A stretch of DNA of 63,958 nt, counting the filler, from Pelomyxa schiedti (lineage: Eukaryota; Protista; Evosea), in NCBI GenBank assembly GCA_020536535.1. It is 8 parts of 8 records of this genome, joined end to end, with 100 filler letters (N's around TTAATTAATTAA, not from the genome) between each part and the next. Parts side by side here need not be neighbours in the genome. Positions count along the whole stretch, not along the records: positions 27,725 to 47,615 come from JAHLWZ010000085.1; 7 more parts are not named here. One strand, given 5' to 3'. Position numbers and translations under genes: made by a program. Positions 32,429 through 44,534 of the stretch are shown here, one piece after another. Under the pieces are notes generated by a model, which had not been told where the DNA came from, did no database searches, and saw nothing but the letters and a program-made list of their open reading frames with translations. Position 1 is the first letter of the stretch; each line of letters opens with the position of its first letter.

Positions 32429-35400
32429 ATGTTTGCGAAGAAAACGGTTGTTGTGGAGGGAGCTAGAGTCTCAGCACTTCAGGGCACCGAACTCGAATCT
32501 GTTGATCGGTCTTCGCATAAAACCCCCAGAACTCGCCTAGTCGCCAGCGAACTAAACGACGTACCCGACGAGATCGCCCCCGACGATCGTCGCCATCTCC
32601 GCGCCGACGCCGCGTGGGGCACCGCCTCGGCCGCGGCGCACAGGCAGCACCTGCAGCAGCTGCGCGGGGACGACGACGGCGGGGCGCGCACGGCCGAGAG
32701 CGACGCGAGCAAGGCGACGGGAAGCAGCAGCCTGCAGCATCTGTTGGGAATTGGATCCCCAATTGAGGCGATTCATGGCAAAAAGAGGTATGGGGATGCC
32801 AACAAATACAAATATAAATATTAGTCTCGCAATTTTACCCTTTTCCTTTCTTGTTTTGCGTTTGCAGTTGCATCTTAAGTTACACTTTTTTACTTTGTTT
32901 TTTTTTTGTTGGTTATTGGTTTTTCTTTTTTTATTATTATTATTTATTTTGCGGCGGGTTTGGCTCGTATTGAAACGCATCTTCTTGCATTTGTATAGGA
33001 AGGTGGGTGTATCCTTCTCACTCAATGTAATTGTTCCATTGGCTTCTGTGCTTGTTGTCATTACGCTTATTACTGTGAGCTTGGCTCCTATGGCTGGTTT
33101 ATGGGTTACTTCTTTGAATTCCCTTACAAGTGCCTGCTCCTCAACTATTTCAAAGGTGGTTCCGCCGTACTCTTTTTAGGTGGCTAGAACTGAATTTTTT
33201 TTGCAGGAGATGGAGGTGTACAGATCCCTACTTGTGGAAAATAGTGTTTCCGCTGTTTCCACTGAGATGAGTATTCCCCCAACCGTGGCCAGCGTTGTTA
33301 AAACTGCAGTTCTGGAAAAAGCCTATACTTCCACAGTACCTCTGCATAATGATTACAGTGCCTTCCAGTTATTATTTCGGGGACTTGCGTCAGAGTACCC
33401 AGAAATAACTGATATGGTTGTCATGGCAAAAAGACAATGTGAAACTAATACAAACTCGACAGCTTGCTGCTTGGATTAATACAGAAGGTGAACATATGTA
33501 TACAGATTGGCAAACAACTTGGGCGTATTACGATAGTGCAATTTCCAGCAATGTAACTATGTTTTGGATTCTCGATGGTGTGCCCACGTCTCAAAGAACT
33601 GGGAATGACATTGTCGATTACAATATCACTACAAGAGATTGGTGGTAAACAATCAATCTCAAGAAAAAAAATCATTGATCAAACTAAGGGAGATTGGCCT
33701 CTCTGCATGGAATGGATCCTGGACCCCTATTTATGCTTCAGCCAACCTGGAAGATGGACAGGTGATAGCATACACACTCCGACCTCCAGTTTCTGTTCCA
33801 GTGGTTATTCAAGTCACATACAGCATCGACTTTATGCAACGATTTTTCATGCACTTCAATCTCACCCAGAATGGAGTTGCACTTTTAGTAGAGGATCACT
33901 CTCTGAAAATAATTGCGGCTACGGCTGGAATATCAGTCATGTCTAATAGTGGAGGTGATACCTTTGCCACTACTTCTACAGACGATGCTGTTAGACATGC
34001 CACTGAACAGGTAGGACAACCAAGTCTAATAATGTGTTGACTCCCTTTCCAGTGGTTAAACATTACTGAAGGGGACCTTGAAGAGTCCCATTTCACGATG
34101 ATGACTGATGAAGGTCTCTGTTTCGTAGATATTGCTCCCATAAGGGCAAGTGGGGGTCTTGTATTGTGGTTATTTTTGATCACTCCAGAAAAGGTAAATT
34201 TTCCCACTCCAAACCTGCTTTTAAGAAATTTTGGAAAGGATTTTATGGAAAAGATTCGACAAGAGCAGAAGAATGCTGTTTCAAGTGTTTACTTTTCCCT
34301 CTGGGTTGTCTTGCTGGCTGAGGTGGTAATCGGCGTTGTTGCTGTTGTGATCAGTACGATACTGTCTGTATTTTTAGTGCGATCTCTCTCTGCTGTTATT
34401 CAGAAGCTCCAAAAGGTATCAAGTGGGAAATTGACCAAGTAAGTTCTGTACTTCTTGACTGGTGCTTCTCTAATTCTTCAAGGACTGAAAGCAGTGACTA
34501 CTTAAAAGGCAGCATGCTGCGGGAAATTGATTCTGTATGCTTTAGCAACAGTTTAAATTGTACCGTAAGGATCTCACCAAACTTAGTTGAATTCTGAGGT
34601 CACTACAATGCAGACCGCCTTGGAGTCGTTCAGCCAGTATGTTTTTTTATACTATTTATTGGTTTCATCTTGTACTTATAACCGTGATAGGTATGTTCCA
34701 ACTCAAGTTGTAAGGTATTTTAGAGCGGGAATAAGCTTGACAACATTTAATACTGGAAAAAGATATTTATGCAAGAACCGCATGAAACCGGTGGTGGGTG
34801 TATCAAAGATGCAATGCACAGTCATGTTCCTTGACGTTGTAGATTTTGTATGTCTTTTGAGGTTTTCTGGATTCTCATGCAAAAAGACGCACACTATGGA
34901 ACAATACGGAGCCACAACAGTCATTGAAATTCTCACAACCATGTTCGAATCTTTTTCCCAGATTATTTCCAAGAATAAAGGCTGCATCGACAAGGTAAAC
35001 CCAACTTTGGTGTTCCTTCCCCTAACCAGAGGTGCAGTACATTGGAGATGCTATTATGGTGCGTGTATTGTGCCAATCTCTCAAGAACTAATTGTCCAAA
35101 GGCACTGTGGGGTTGTCCAATTGCTGATCCTCATTCTGAAATGAATGCGTGCAAGGCAGTTGCAGAGATTCTGTGCGACATAGAGAGGCTGAATTTGATA
35201 TTTAAAGGGAAATCTTTCCCAGAAATGCACGTTCGAATTGGGGTACAGCCACCTTTTTTGCTTTTTCCCCAAAATAACTTCGAAACAGTTGCATACCGGG
35301 GAGGTAAATGCTGGAAATGTTGGGTACTTTCCCACTTTCCACACCTATCCTCTGTATTAAATTGCTCAATTTTACTCAGATCAAGCCAAAGGCTTAACTT

Positions 35401-36030
35401 CACAGTTCTAGGTTCCCTACCAAAAATTGTCCAAACCAACGCGGAAAATAATCAAACCAAACAGGCAACACAGTCAATTTAGCCAGCCGTTTGGAGCCTT
35501 TGAACAAGGAATTGCACACCTCAGTCCTTGTATCTGATTCAATTAGGACTGCCTGTTGCTCACACCATCAAGCCCACGCTTTTACTTGGAGGGCTATAGG
35601 TCACATCCAAGTGTGCCATTTTCCCGCTTTTTCCTTTTTCGGCCATCAAACTCAACCACTCAGGTGCGCGGATTCCAAGCGCCGGTACTCGTTCACGAAT
35701 TCCTTGGCTACACATCCCGGTATGATGTTTTCTTCAACCACAGAACCTCTCCACCCTAACTCCATCTTCTTCCGGAACCATCGAAGACTGACTGCCGATC
35801 AGAAGCAAATGCTGCAGGACTATGAACCCGTTGACCGCGTTCTCTGCCAACACAACTCCTACACAAATTGCAATATCAACACAGCCAGCACACCCCCGAT
35901 CATTGAGGACATTGTAAAGCAGGCACTGGATGACTACCTGGAGCTTAACCCCAGTGACTACACTGCAACACAAGCAAAGGCCCTCCACATAAGCCTACAC
36001 CCCAGCCCCCGACATCACCACCACCCTTGA
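32429..36030 (+). CDS. Membrane sensor (TM-Cache-like-TM-HAMP-like) class III adenylyl cyclase, copy 1, multi-exon
   Basis: Spliced motifs TVMFLDVVDFT, IDKYIGDAIMALWG, VRIGLHTG, GNVGS..RLNFTVLGNTVNLASRLE, VRG. Two TM segments flank a sensor region. Confidence 0.88.
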
Positions 36031-36126
36031 GGAGTGTATCACACCCTTATTCCCCCCATCCCTAAGTAAAATTCAAATACAGAATCTTCCTAATTCTTGT
36101 GATTTTGATTTTCTGGAATTGTTGGG

Positions 36127-37358
36127 TTATGGGCACTTGTGGATTACACTTGGACCCGATTCATCAAACTGCTCCTTGGTGATGCACATCTGCTGAAAAG
36201 TGCTGAGCGACGCGAGAATCGATCCTCCGACCCACGCTAAACACTTCCTTTGTTGTGGTGCTGTGATTCTGACTCTCATTGGTTCTGCTGATGACTGGTG
36301 TGATGACACAAGTGTTGTCATTTCCATTTGCATTCTGTCTGGAAGTCCTCGGAACATGGAGGATCCCCCAGATAGCACTATGCTGCCGCACAGGTTGCTG
36401 TGGATATTGGGGTCACACTTTGTTATTGAGTTGTAGCACATTTCGTGGATTCCAACAAGAGAAGAAGTCCCGTGCAGCAACGACGGCTGGAACAGGGGCT
36501 CTGGGCACCTGAACCTCTCAGTCCCTATACAGATAACTTCACCATCAGGAAGCTCATAAACACTCTCAAGAACCGCGAACGACGATGATGGTGAGTAGGC
36601 CTCCATCTCGGCCTCATATCCAAGTGGAACATACCCCAGCTTCTCCTTGACATCATCGATAGTAGTAGGACAAGTGTTTGATAAAGAATACCCACGCTCC
36701 TCAGCGAGCATCCTCACCATGTAATCCGTCAGGTCCCGGCCGGCCAGTTCCAGCCTGAGTACGGCGTGATTGAGAGGCGATCCGTCGCAGATAGGCACAG
36801 TGTGGGTGACACCATCGCCGGTCTCGACCACGATGCCAGAGGTCCTGCCGGTGGCGTAGAGTGACATGACAGCGTCGCAAGCCAAGCACATGCAAGGCGT
36901 GGACGGCAGGGTCTCAAACGCGATCCAAGCCATTCGCTCGCGGGTGGGCCTGGGGCTCAATGGCGGCTCAGTGAGCAGCACAGGAACCGATGGTTGTGGT
37001 GGTGATGGTGATGGTGATGGTGATGATTGTGATGGTGGGGTCACGGCAGAACAAAGGGAGTAGGCACGGAGGCAGAGCAGCCGCATGGAGTCCCAGTCAG
37101 TGACTAGGCCGCGATCGATGGGGTGCGCCAGCACGCCGGGGGTTACCTGGGTGGGTGTGGTTGTTGTTGTTGTTGAGGTTGTGCTGGGAACACAACCAAC
37201 CACAGTAGACTGGTGTATTGGTGTTAGTGTGGGGGTGAGTTGTATGTAGTCGAATCATAGTTTCACACCGGGAATGTGGCACGGGGTGTTGCGTCACCAG
37301 AAAAGCCAACCTTGGTCCACCCTGACCCACAGTCCATCACAACCGCCCGCGTCGCCAT
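36127..37358 (-). CDS. Divergent actin / actin-related protein; exons 37358..37269 and 37209..36127
   Basis: AVVMDCGSGWTKVGFSGDATPRATFP, VLLTEPPL, LYATGRTSGIVVETGDGVTHTVPI, LELAGRDLTDY, YELPDG, ERFRCPE, LSGGSSMF, WVGGSILASLSTFQQM. Confidence 0.9.
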
Positions 37359-37568
37359 TCGAATGGAGAGAACCGAAAGACAAGGATCTGGGAGTGAGCT
37401 GTTGTCTACAACTCTCTTGGTGAATGAGAACCATGCATTATTAGCCGCCTCCGCAACAACCGGAGGGTGATTAACCGAGCGTCGAGCTGTTCAGGGAGCG
37501 GAGTTCTCTGAAGCTTCAGCAGATTGATTTTCGTGTTCCGAACGGAGGCCAAACAAAACAAAAAAAAA

Positions 37569-40195
37569 ATGAGCACGACACAGGCAGACAGCAGTAGCGA
37601 CGCCGGCGTTGTAGTCGTGGTCAAGCGGGACGTGAGCGCGTCGCCCGTGCGCGGCGGCGGCGGCTCCGCGCTGCAGCCGTCGTCGCCGGCGACCAACCCC
37701 CTGCGCACCAGCGTCGACTCGCCGTCGCCCAGGGCCTCGCCCTCCGCCACGTCCTCCTCGTCGGACTACTCCTCGGCTTCGTCGGTCGCGGCGGCTCCCA
37801 CAAGTTCTTCTACATCTGCATCTGCATCTACTGCACCCAGCACCACGCCGGCGGTGACGGCGGCCACGAGGGCTGCGACGAGGTCGGGGAGCGCGCCGAC
37901 GCCGGGGCGCGCGGGGCGGCCGAGGGGCGAGGCGTTCTACAACGCGGCGCCGCCGGTGCTCGACGACGACGGCAACATCGTGTGGGTGCCGCAGTCGACG
38001 TCGTCGTGCTCGCGCGGCGGCTTCGGCGGCGGCGGCGGCGGCCTCGCGTCCTCGGCGTCGTCGGCGGGGGGCTCCGAGGCCGACGGCGGCCCCGCGTCCG
38101 AGGACTCTGACGACGAGAAAATGCTGGCCAAGCTGCAGGCGTTCGACGGGCCCGCGTCTGTTCCCATAAGTGGGTTTTCGCCGCTCGGCGAGGACGGCGC
38201 CACAACCCCGAGGGTGTCGCGGGTCAAGGCCTCGTCGTCCACTTCGCTGAAAAACGAAACTACATCGTCGTGCACAATAAGCTCGTCGCCGCCTTTGGCT
38301 TCTTCAGGTGCTACCACGTCCCACAATGTGGATTCTTCTACTCCTGGTTCTTCTGCTGCTGATGACAAGAAAAAGAAGAAGACGGGATTCGCGGGATTTG
38401 CTAGGTTCGCTGCCTTCGTATCATCACTCAAACACACCAAGAAGGACGCTCGGGGCCGGACTCTGAGCTTGTCTGACGGCGAGACTCCAATCGGCAAAGA
38501 AAAGCCTACAAAGTCAAACTCAGCAAAGAAAACAAAGCCGGCTGTTGTTGGGGTCTCAACAACTGCTTCCACTGCGTCTACTACTTCATCAGCATCAGCA
38601 GAGCAATCTTCGCACCACGCCTCACTTGAGAGTCCTAGAACAGCTGATACTAAGGCTAATGGGGCTCATTCTGCTAACATGGAAATTGACGTAAACAAGC
38701 CGCCTGACTCTCACTGTGCATTCCTTAAGCCTACGTGGCCATCTGACTTCTATGACTTTGATCTTGTGTGTATATCTCTTTTAAACCTGTATCTCGCAAA
38801 CATATGCAATAGGCGTTCAAAGGGAAGGTAAAACCCTCGGCTCGGTTCCATCTTGCCTTTGTTGATACAAGGGGAAGAAGAGGCAGAATGGAAGGTTGAA
38901 CTCGGTAAATAATACCCTAAAGCTCACTACAGTCTTTACAGATGTTGTAACAATTATCGGAGGGTACCGAGATGTACAAACAGATGATCTCATTGGTCTT
39001 TACGATGGTCACAATGGACCCATGGTAATGTTACTGAATCCGTTTACTAGAATTAAAACTTCGTGAAGGCTGCAATGTACATTGCGGATGCCCTAGACCA
39101 AAGTATTAGAAAAGCTCTTGATGGAGCAGGGGAAGATATACCCTTGATTTTTAATGTTGTGATGCCATTTGACTCCCACTCATTTCTGTAGGAATCCTTT
39201 CTTTCCGTAAATAAGGCGCTGCTTGAAGATTTAACGGTCATTGGTGGGTCAACAGCACTTGTTGCCTTTCTAAGGCAGGACATCGGGTAAGTTCTGCCCA
39301 GCCAACACTTTGGTTCTGAATCATTTAGGTACCTTGCCAACGTTGGAGATAGTAGAGCCATAATTGTCAATACTGATAAAACATTCGAAAGGCTATCTGT
39401 GGATCACCGGCCAGATGACCCTTTGGTTTGACACATTATTTCTCGTTGTATTAGTTTGACCAAACCAATAGGAAGCTGAGTATATAAAGCAACATGGTGG
39501 CCAAGTAACCGAGGGAATTGAAGGCGGAAAAAAGGTACTAAGAGTGAATACACAGTTAACTCTGTCACGCGCCTTTGGTATTTGGAATAAGCAATGTCTC
39601 CCTTAAAACTCACAATTCCCGTATAGGTGACAGAGGTCTGGCACAATTCCTTCGATGTGAGCCGCACATCGCCTCTTTCCCAATAAATGATCCCACTCGA
39701 AGCCGCTGGTTAGTTATGGCCTGCGATGGGCTCTGGGATTTTGTTCCGTATGATTCCTCCTCGCCATTTCTCTCTAACCGGTTTCTCAGGGAACAAGAAG
39801 TAGCCGATATTGTCCAGCAATCTGCAAATCCCATAGCGGCCGCACTGGAGCTACGCAAAACGGCACTTGTGAAAAGCAGTGGGGACAACATATCAATAGT
39901 GATTGTTGACTTCCTGCAACGGCACTCTGCCACAATGTCAACCGGTAAAGGTCCATCATCATCCACACACATCGATTCAGTGACAACCACCACCACATCA
40001 TCAACAGCATCCGCAACAAATGTAGCATTAGCAACAACAGCAGTAGCAGCCTCAGAATCGAATTCCAATGTTGCTGTACTACCCAGTGTCAATCCAGTTG
40101 TTGAACTTCTGGCCAGCCCTGATACTACTACAACAATAACAACAACCAGCAACAGCACAGAGGCACCAGCCACAGAACCCACCAAAAACAGTTGA
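37569..40195 (+). CDS. PP2C/PPM protein phosphatase with a long Ser-rich N-terminus, multi-exon
   Basis: GRRGRMED, GLYDGHNG, GSTA, ANVGDSRA, LSVDHRP, VTRAFG, VMACDGLWD, SGDNISIVIV. Confidence 0.9.
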
Positions 40196-40510
40196 AGAAA
40201 CACAAACGTAAGTGGTGTTCTTTCTGCCTGTACTCTATGTAATCTAAAATGAACAAGTTTTTCACAACACCCTCCTTCCTGTGTGTTGTTTAACAACCAC
40301 CAGCCAACACTAAGCACAAACTGACGAAAATGCAAATGCAGAGAACTTTCAGTTCAGTGATCATGGGATCTACCAAAACGCCCCTTCGCCAAAAATCGCA
40401 TGTGAACTTCAACCCGACAAAACGGCGGTTCTCGAAAAGGGAAACTCCAGTGCAAGCTACGTCCGAGAAACACAGAAAAACAAAATAAAAAAAAACCCAA
40501 CCAACGGGAG

Positions 40511-43500
40511 ATGAGCCATTGGGGTCTGGGCGGTAACAGAGTAGCCGACGTGAACGCTGTGGGTAGGAACAAGAAGAGTAATAATAACAATGAGGATGAT
40601 AAGGAGGTAGGAGGTGGAGGGGCAGTGGCAGGCAGTGATGTCGGTAGCGCGGGGATCGTTGGTAGCGAGGGAGGCGAANNNNNNNNNNNNNNNNNNNNNN
40701 NNNNNNNNNNNNNNNNNNNNNNNNNNNNNNNNNNNNNNNNNNNNNNNNNNNNNNNNNNNNNNNNNNNNNNNNNNNNNNTGTGGGTAGGAACAAGAAGAGT
40801 AATAATAACAATGAGGATGATAAGGAGGTAGGAGGTGGAGGGGCAGTGGCAGGCAGTGATGTCGGTAGCGCGGGGATCGTTGGTAGCGAGGGAGGCGAAG
40901 GCGCCGCGTGTTTGACACTACCAACATCCGTAAGCACTGGCAGTATCCAGCTGTATGGTATCGGCACCCCGATAGAATCAGCTAAGCTACTCGGAGGGTT
41001 TGTTTGCCCCTTTTTTTTTTTTTTTTTTTTTTTTCTTTTTCCTTTCTTTTTATTGTTTTTATTTTAGTGTTTTTTTTCTCTTTTCTCTTTTCTCTTTTCT
41101 TTTTTTTTTTATTTTCTCTTTTTTTCTTTTTTTTATTTCTTGCTGAATGGCCTTTTTTGTTTCCTGGGCAGTAGGATGGCTGGTTCATGTTCACTGATGA
41201 CTGTTGTACCATTGGTTGCTGTTGTGGTTATGGCTACTATTGTCTCTGTGAGCTTGGCTCCTATGACGGCACTGTGGGTGACTTCATTGCGGTCATTGAC
41301 TGGAACGTGTTCCTCAAGCATTTCTAAGGTTAACGAAAGCCTACTGTTAAACCTACAAATGCAAAAAATGGCTTTTTTTTTAGGAAATGGATGTGTACCG
41401 AAACCTTCTTGTGGAGAAGAGTATTTCAAGCATCACATCCCAGATGGGCATTCCGCCTGATGTTGGGCACGTTCTCGCATATGCCATTCCCGATGAAGCT
41501 TATACGTCAACGGTTCCCTTACACAATGATAGCAGTGAATTTCAGTTGATCTTCAGGTCACTGGCAAGGCAATTCACAGCAATTAATAACATGGCAAGTG
41601 AACTTTCTAAATGTTGTACACTAAGTGTCATTGCAGATTACATCTTATGTAAACTCTGCCGGGGAGCACCTATATGTGGACAGGAAGACGGACTGGGGTT
41701 ACTTTGACAGTGGCGTTGAAAAAGACTTGATTTTGTACGCAATTGAAAATGGTGTACCAACGTATGATGTCAGTGGAGGCATTCCAAACTACAATTTGAC
41801 AATACGATCTTGGTGGTATGTGATACAACGTCCGTTGTTATTGAAGATATTAACGCTATCCTAAAGGCAAATCGGGCTTTCAGCTTGGAATGGGTCATGG
41901 ACTTCTGTCTACATGTCACAGAACCCACAGGATGGTCGTGTAATAGCATACACACTCCGCGCTCCCATATCTGTTCCAGTTGTCATTCAAGTCACATTCA
42001 GTGCGGCTTTTCTTGAAGAATTTTTCATGAACTTCAACCTCACTCAAAATGGAGTTGCCTTCTTGGTAGAGGATATTACTCTGAAACTCATTGCTGGAAC
42101 AGCTGGTATCCCCATCCTCACGGAAACGGGAGGTGATGTATTCGCTCTGACTTCGTCTGATGAAACTGTCCGTGTGTCAACTCAGGAGGTTTTACGGCCT
42201 TCCCCAGTAACTTCTTTGTTTAATGCAAAAATCAGTGGGTGAACAACACAGATGGTATCCTTAGAGAGTCTCATTTTACGATGGAAATGGTGCCTCAAGG
42301 CAAGACATTTGTGGATGCTGTTCCAATCAAAGTAAGTGGAGGACTTGTTTTGTGGCTCCTCCTGATCACTCCTGAGAAGGTTTGTAGTAATTTTTTGAAG
42401 TTCGAATGATGCATACAACATAATAGGACTTCATCCAAGAAATTCAAGAAGAGCAGAGCGCTGCAGTTGATAATGCTTATACCTCGCTGTGGGTTGTGTT
42501 AGCAGTTGAGGTGTTCATTGGCGTTTGTGCGGTAATTATCAGCATGGCCTTGTCTGTGATTTTGGCACGGGCACTTTCAGCTGTTGGAAGGAAGCTCAAG
42601 AAAGTATCAAGTGGTCAGTTGACCAGGTGTGTATGCCTATCTCTAGTTTTACCCAAACAAACGTACACTACAGATCTGAGAGCAACAACGATCTAAACAG
42701 AAGTATGCTCCGAGAAATAGACTCTGTAAGTTTTGAGGTCTCTGTACTCATTAGTTACCTTTTTTTAGTTGAACTCCGAGGTAGCAGTGATGCAGTCGGC
42801 ATTGGAGTCCTTCAGCCAGTGTGTTGACCATAAAATTTATTTCAATATTCTTACCTCCATTCTAGATATGTTCCAACTCAAGTTGTGAGGTACAATTAGA
42901 ATTGGTCTCAAGCTATAGCGACTGACATTTAATCTATATAGATACTTGTGCAAGAACCACATGAAACCAGTTGTTGGTGTAAGTAAAATGCACTGCACAG
43001 TGATGTTCCTTGACGTTGTTGATTTCGTATGTCTCCCTCCTTTCTTCCCAAGCATGTCAATTAACATTACAAAGACACGGACAATGGAACAGTATGGGGC
43101 CCAAACTGTCATTGAAATCCTTTCCACTATGTTCGAGTCTTTTTCTACAATCATTTCGAAAAATAATGGCACCATCGACAAGGTCTGACCAAAAAACCAC
43201 ACCAGGATACCTTTCTAACAGACATACAGTATATTGGAGATGCAATCATGGTTTCTCAAGTTATATTCCAGTAAAACCTCTAAAACCAATCAGGCTTTGT
43301 GGGGCTGTCCGGTTGTAGATGACAATTCCGAAATCAAGGCCTGCCAATCAGCTGCGGAAATCTTGGCGGATATGGAGAGATTAAATCTGATATTCAGAGC
43401 CAAGGGCTTTCCAACGATGAACATTCGTATAGGAGTATTCATCCTATTTCTACTACGTTACTCATAACGTCATTGCAGCTTCACTCAGGCGAAGTAAGTG

Positions 43501-44190
43501 CAGGAAATGTTGGGTAGCGTATTCTTTTTCCTTTAATGAGCAACATATTAAATTAAGTCCAAGTTATCTGTATTGACTTTTTCCTCCAGGTCAAGTCAAA
43601 GACTCAACTTCACTGTGCTAGGTATCCCGTGCTTTATTAATTCTTTTTTTTTTTACTCACAAATGCAAATCAAACAGGCAACACAGTAAATTTAGCCGCC
43701 CGGTTGGAGCCTGTGAACAAAGAATTGCACACCTCAGTCCTTGTATCTGATTCAATTCGTGATGTGTTCTCCGATCCGAGTGTCACCAACCCGTTTTCAT
43801 GGCGCGCTGTCGGCCACATTCAGGTTCAACCCGCCAACAACTGCCCCAAATTGCTAATCAAACAACAGGTTCGCGGCTTCAAAGTCCCAGTACTGGTTCA
43901 TGAATTTCTCGGCTTCACGGCAAGGTACCTATCTTAATTCCCGTGGAATTCCTTCTCATCGCTTGGTCTTCAGGTTGTCTGAAGAGAAGAAAAGGATTCT
44001 GGCGCACTACGCCATCATTGACCAGATGTTGTACCACAACAAACTTGCTGTGAAGCTATCGACACCCCAGGACATATCACAGGCCCTGGATGATTACATA
44101 GCAGAAAACCCTGATGACCTCACAGCGGTGCAATCCAGGAAGATGATCGTGGCCACGTTTGGAACAACAACCAAGCACCACCACCCTTGA
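40511..44190 (+). CDS. Membrane sensor class III adenylyl cyclase, copy 2, multi-exon
   Basis: Paralog of 32429..36030 with matching intron positions: TVMFLDVVDFT, IDKYIGDAIM, RLNFTVLGNTVNLAARLE. Start is uncertain because it lies next to a scaffold gap. Confidence 0.85.
40558..40899. other. Scaffold gap flanked by an exact 121-nt duplication (assembly artefact)
   Basis: 40558..40678 = 40779..40899. The same 121-nt pattern occurs at 46247..46367 = 46468..46588. Confidence 0.85.
41011..41141. repeat. Poly-T / pyrimidine tract in the first intron of cyclase copy 2
   Basis: Read directly; a similar T-rich intron lies at about 32830-32950 in copy 1. Confidence 0.8.
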
Positions 44191-44534
44191 TCGATTTGGA
44201 ATTTCCAACCTGCACACACTTGTAAAAAACATTTCACTAATCGAAGAATGAAAAACCAACCCAAAACTCATATGATGCAGATTCATGAAAGTTTTGGGTA
44301 CTCATGAAAGATCTTCACTTGGCCAACAACAAAGTCGGATTCAGGGGCCTTTTTTTTTTATTGTTTCAACAACGATCCAGATGCCGGAGCAGCTCCACTT
44401 CCATCTCCAGTGCAAGGACTTGGCACATCTACTCTGGGACATTGGTACTGTCACTTCGGAGTGGTAGCTGCTCCACGGATCGCGAGACAAGCTGAGAAAG
44501 CCTGAAAAATAATCAGTGCGCATCTCTACGGGTG

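Noticed and set aside
24625-44190. Physical cAMP-signalling cluster (PDE plus two cyclases)
   Set aside because: The PDE and the cyclases are separated by an artificial contig linker, so linkage is unknown.
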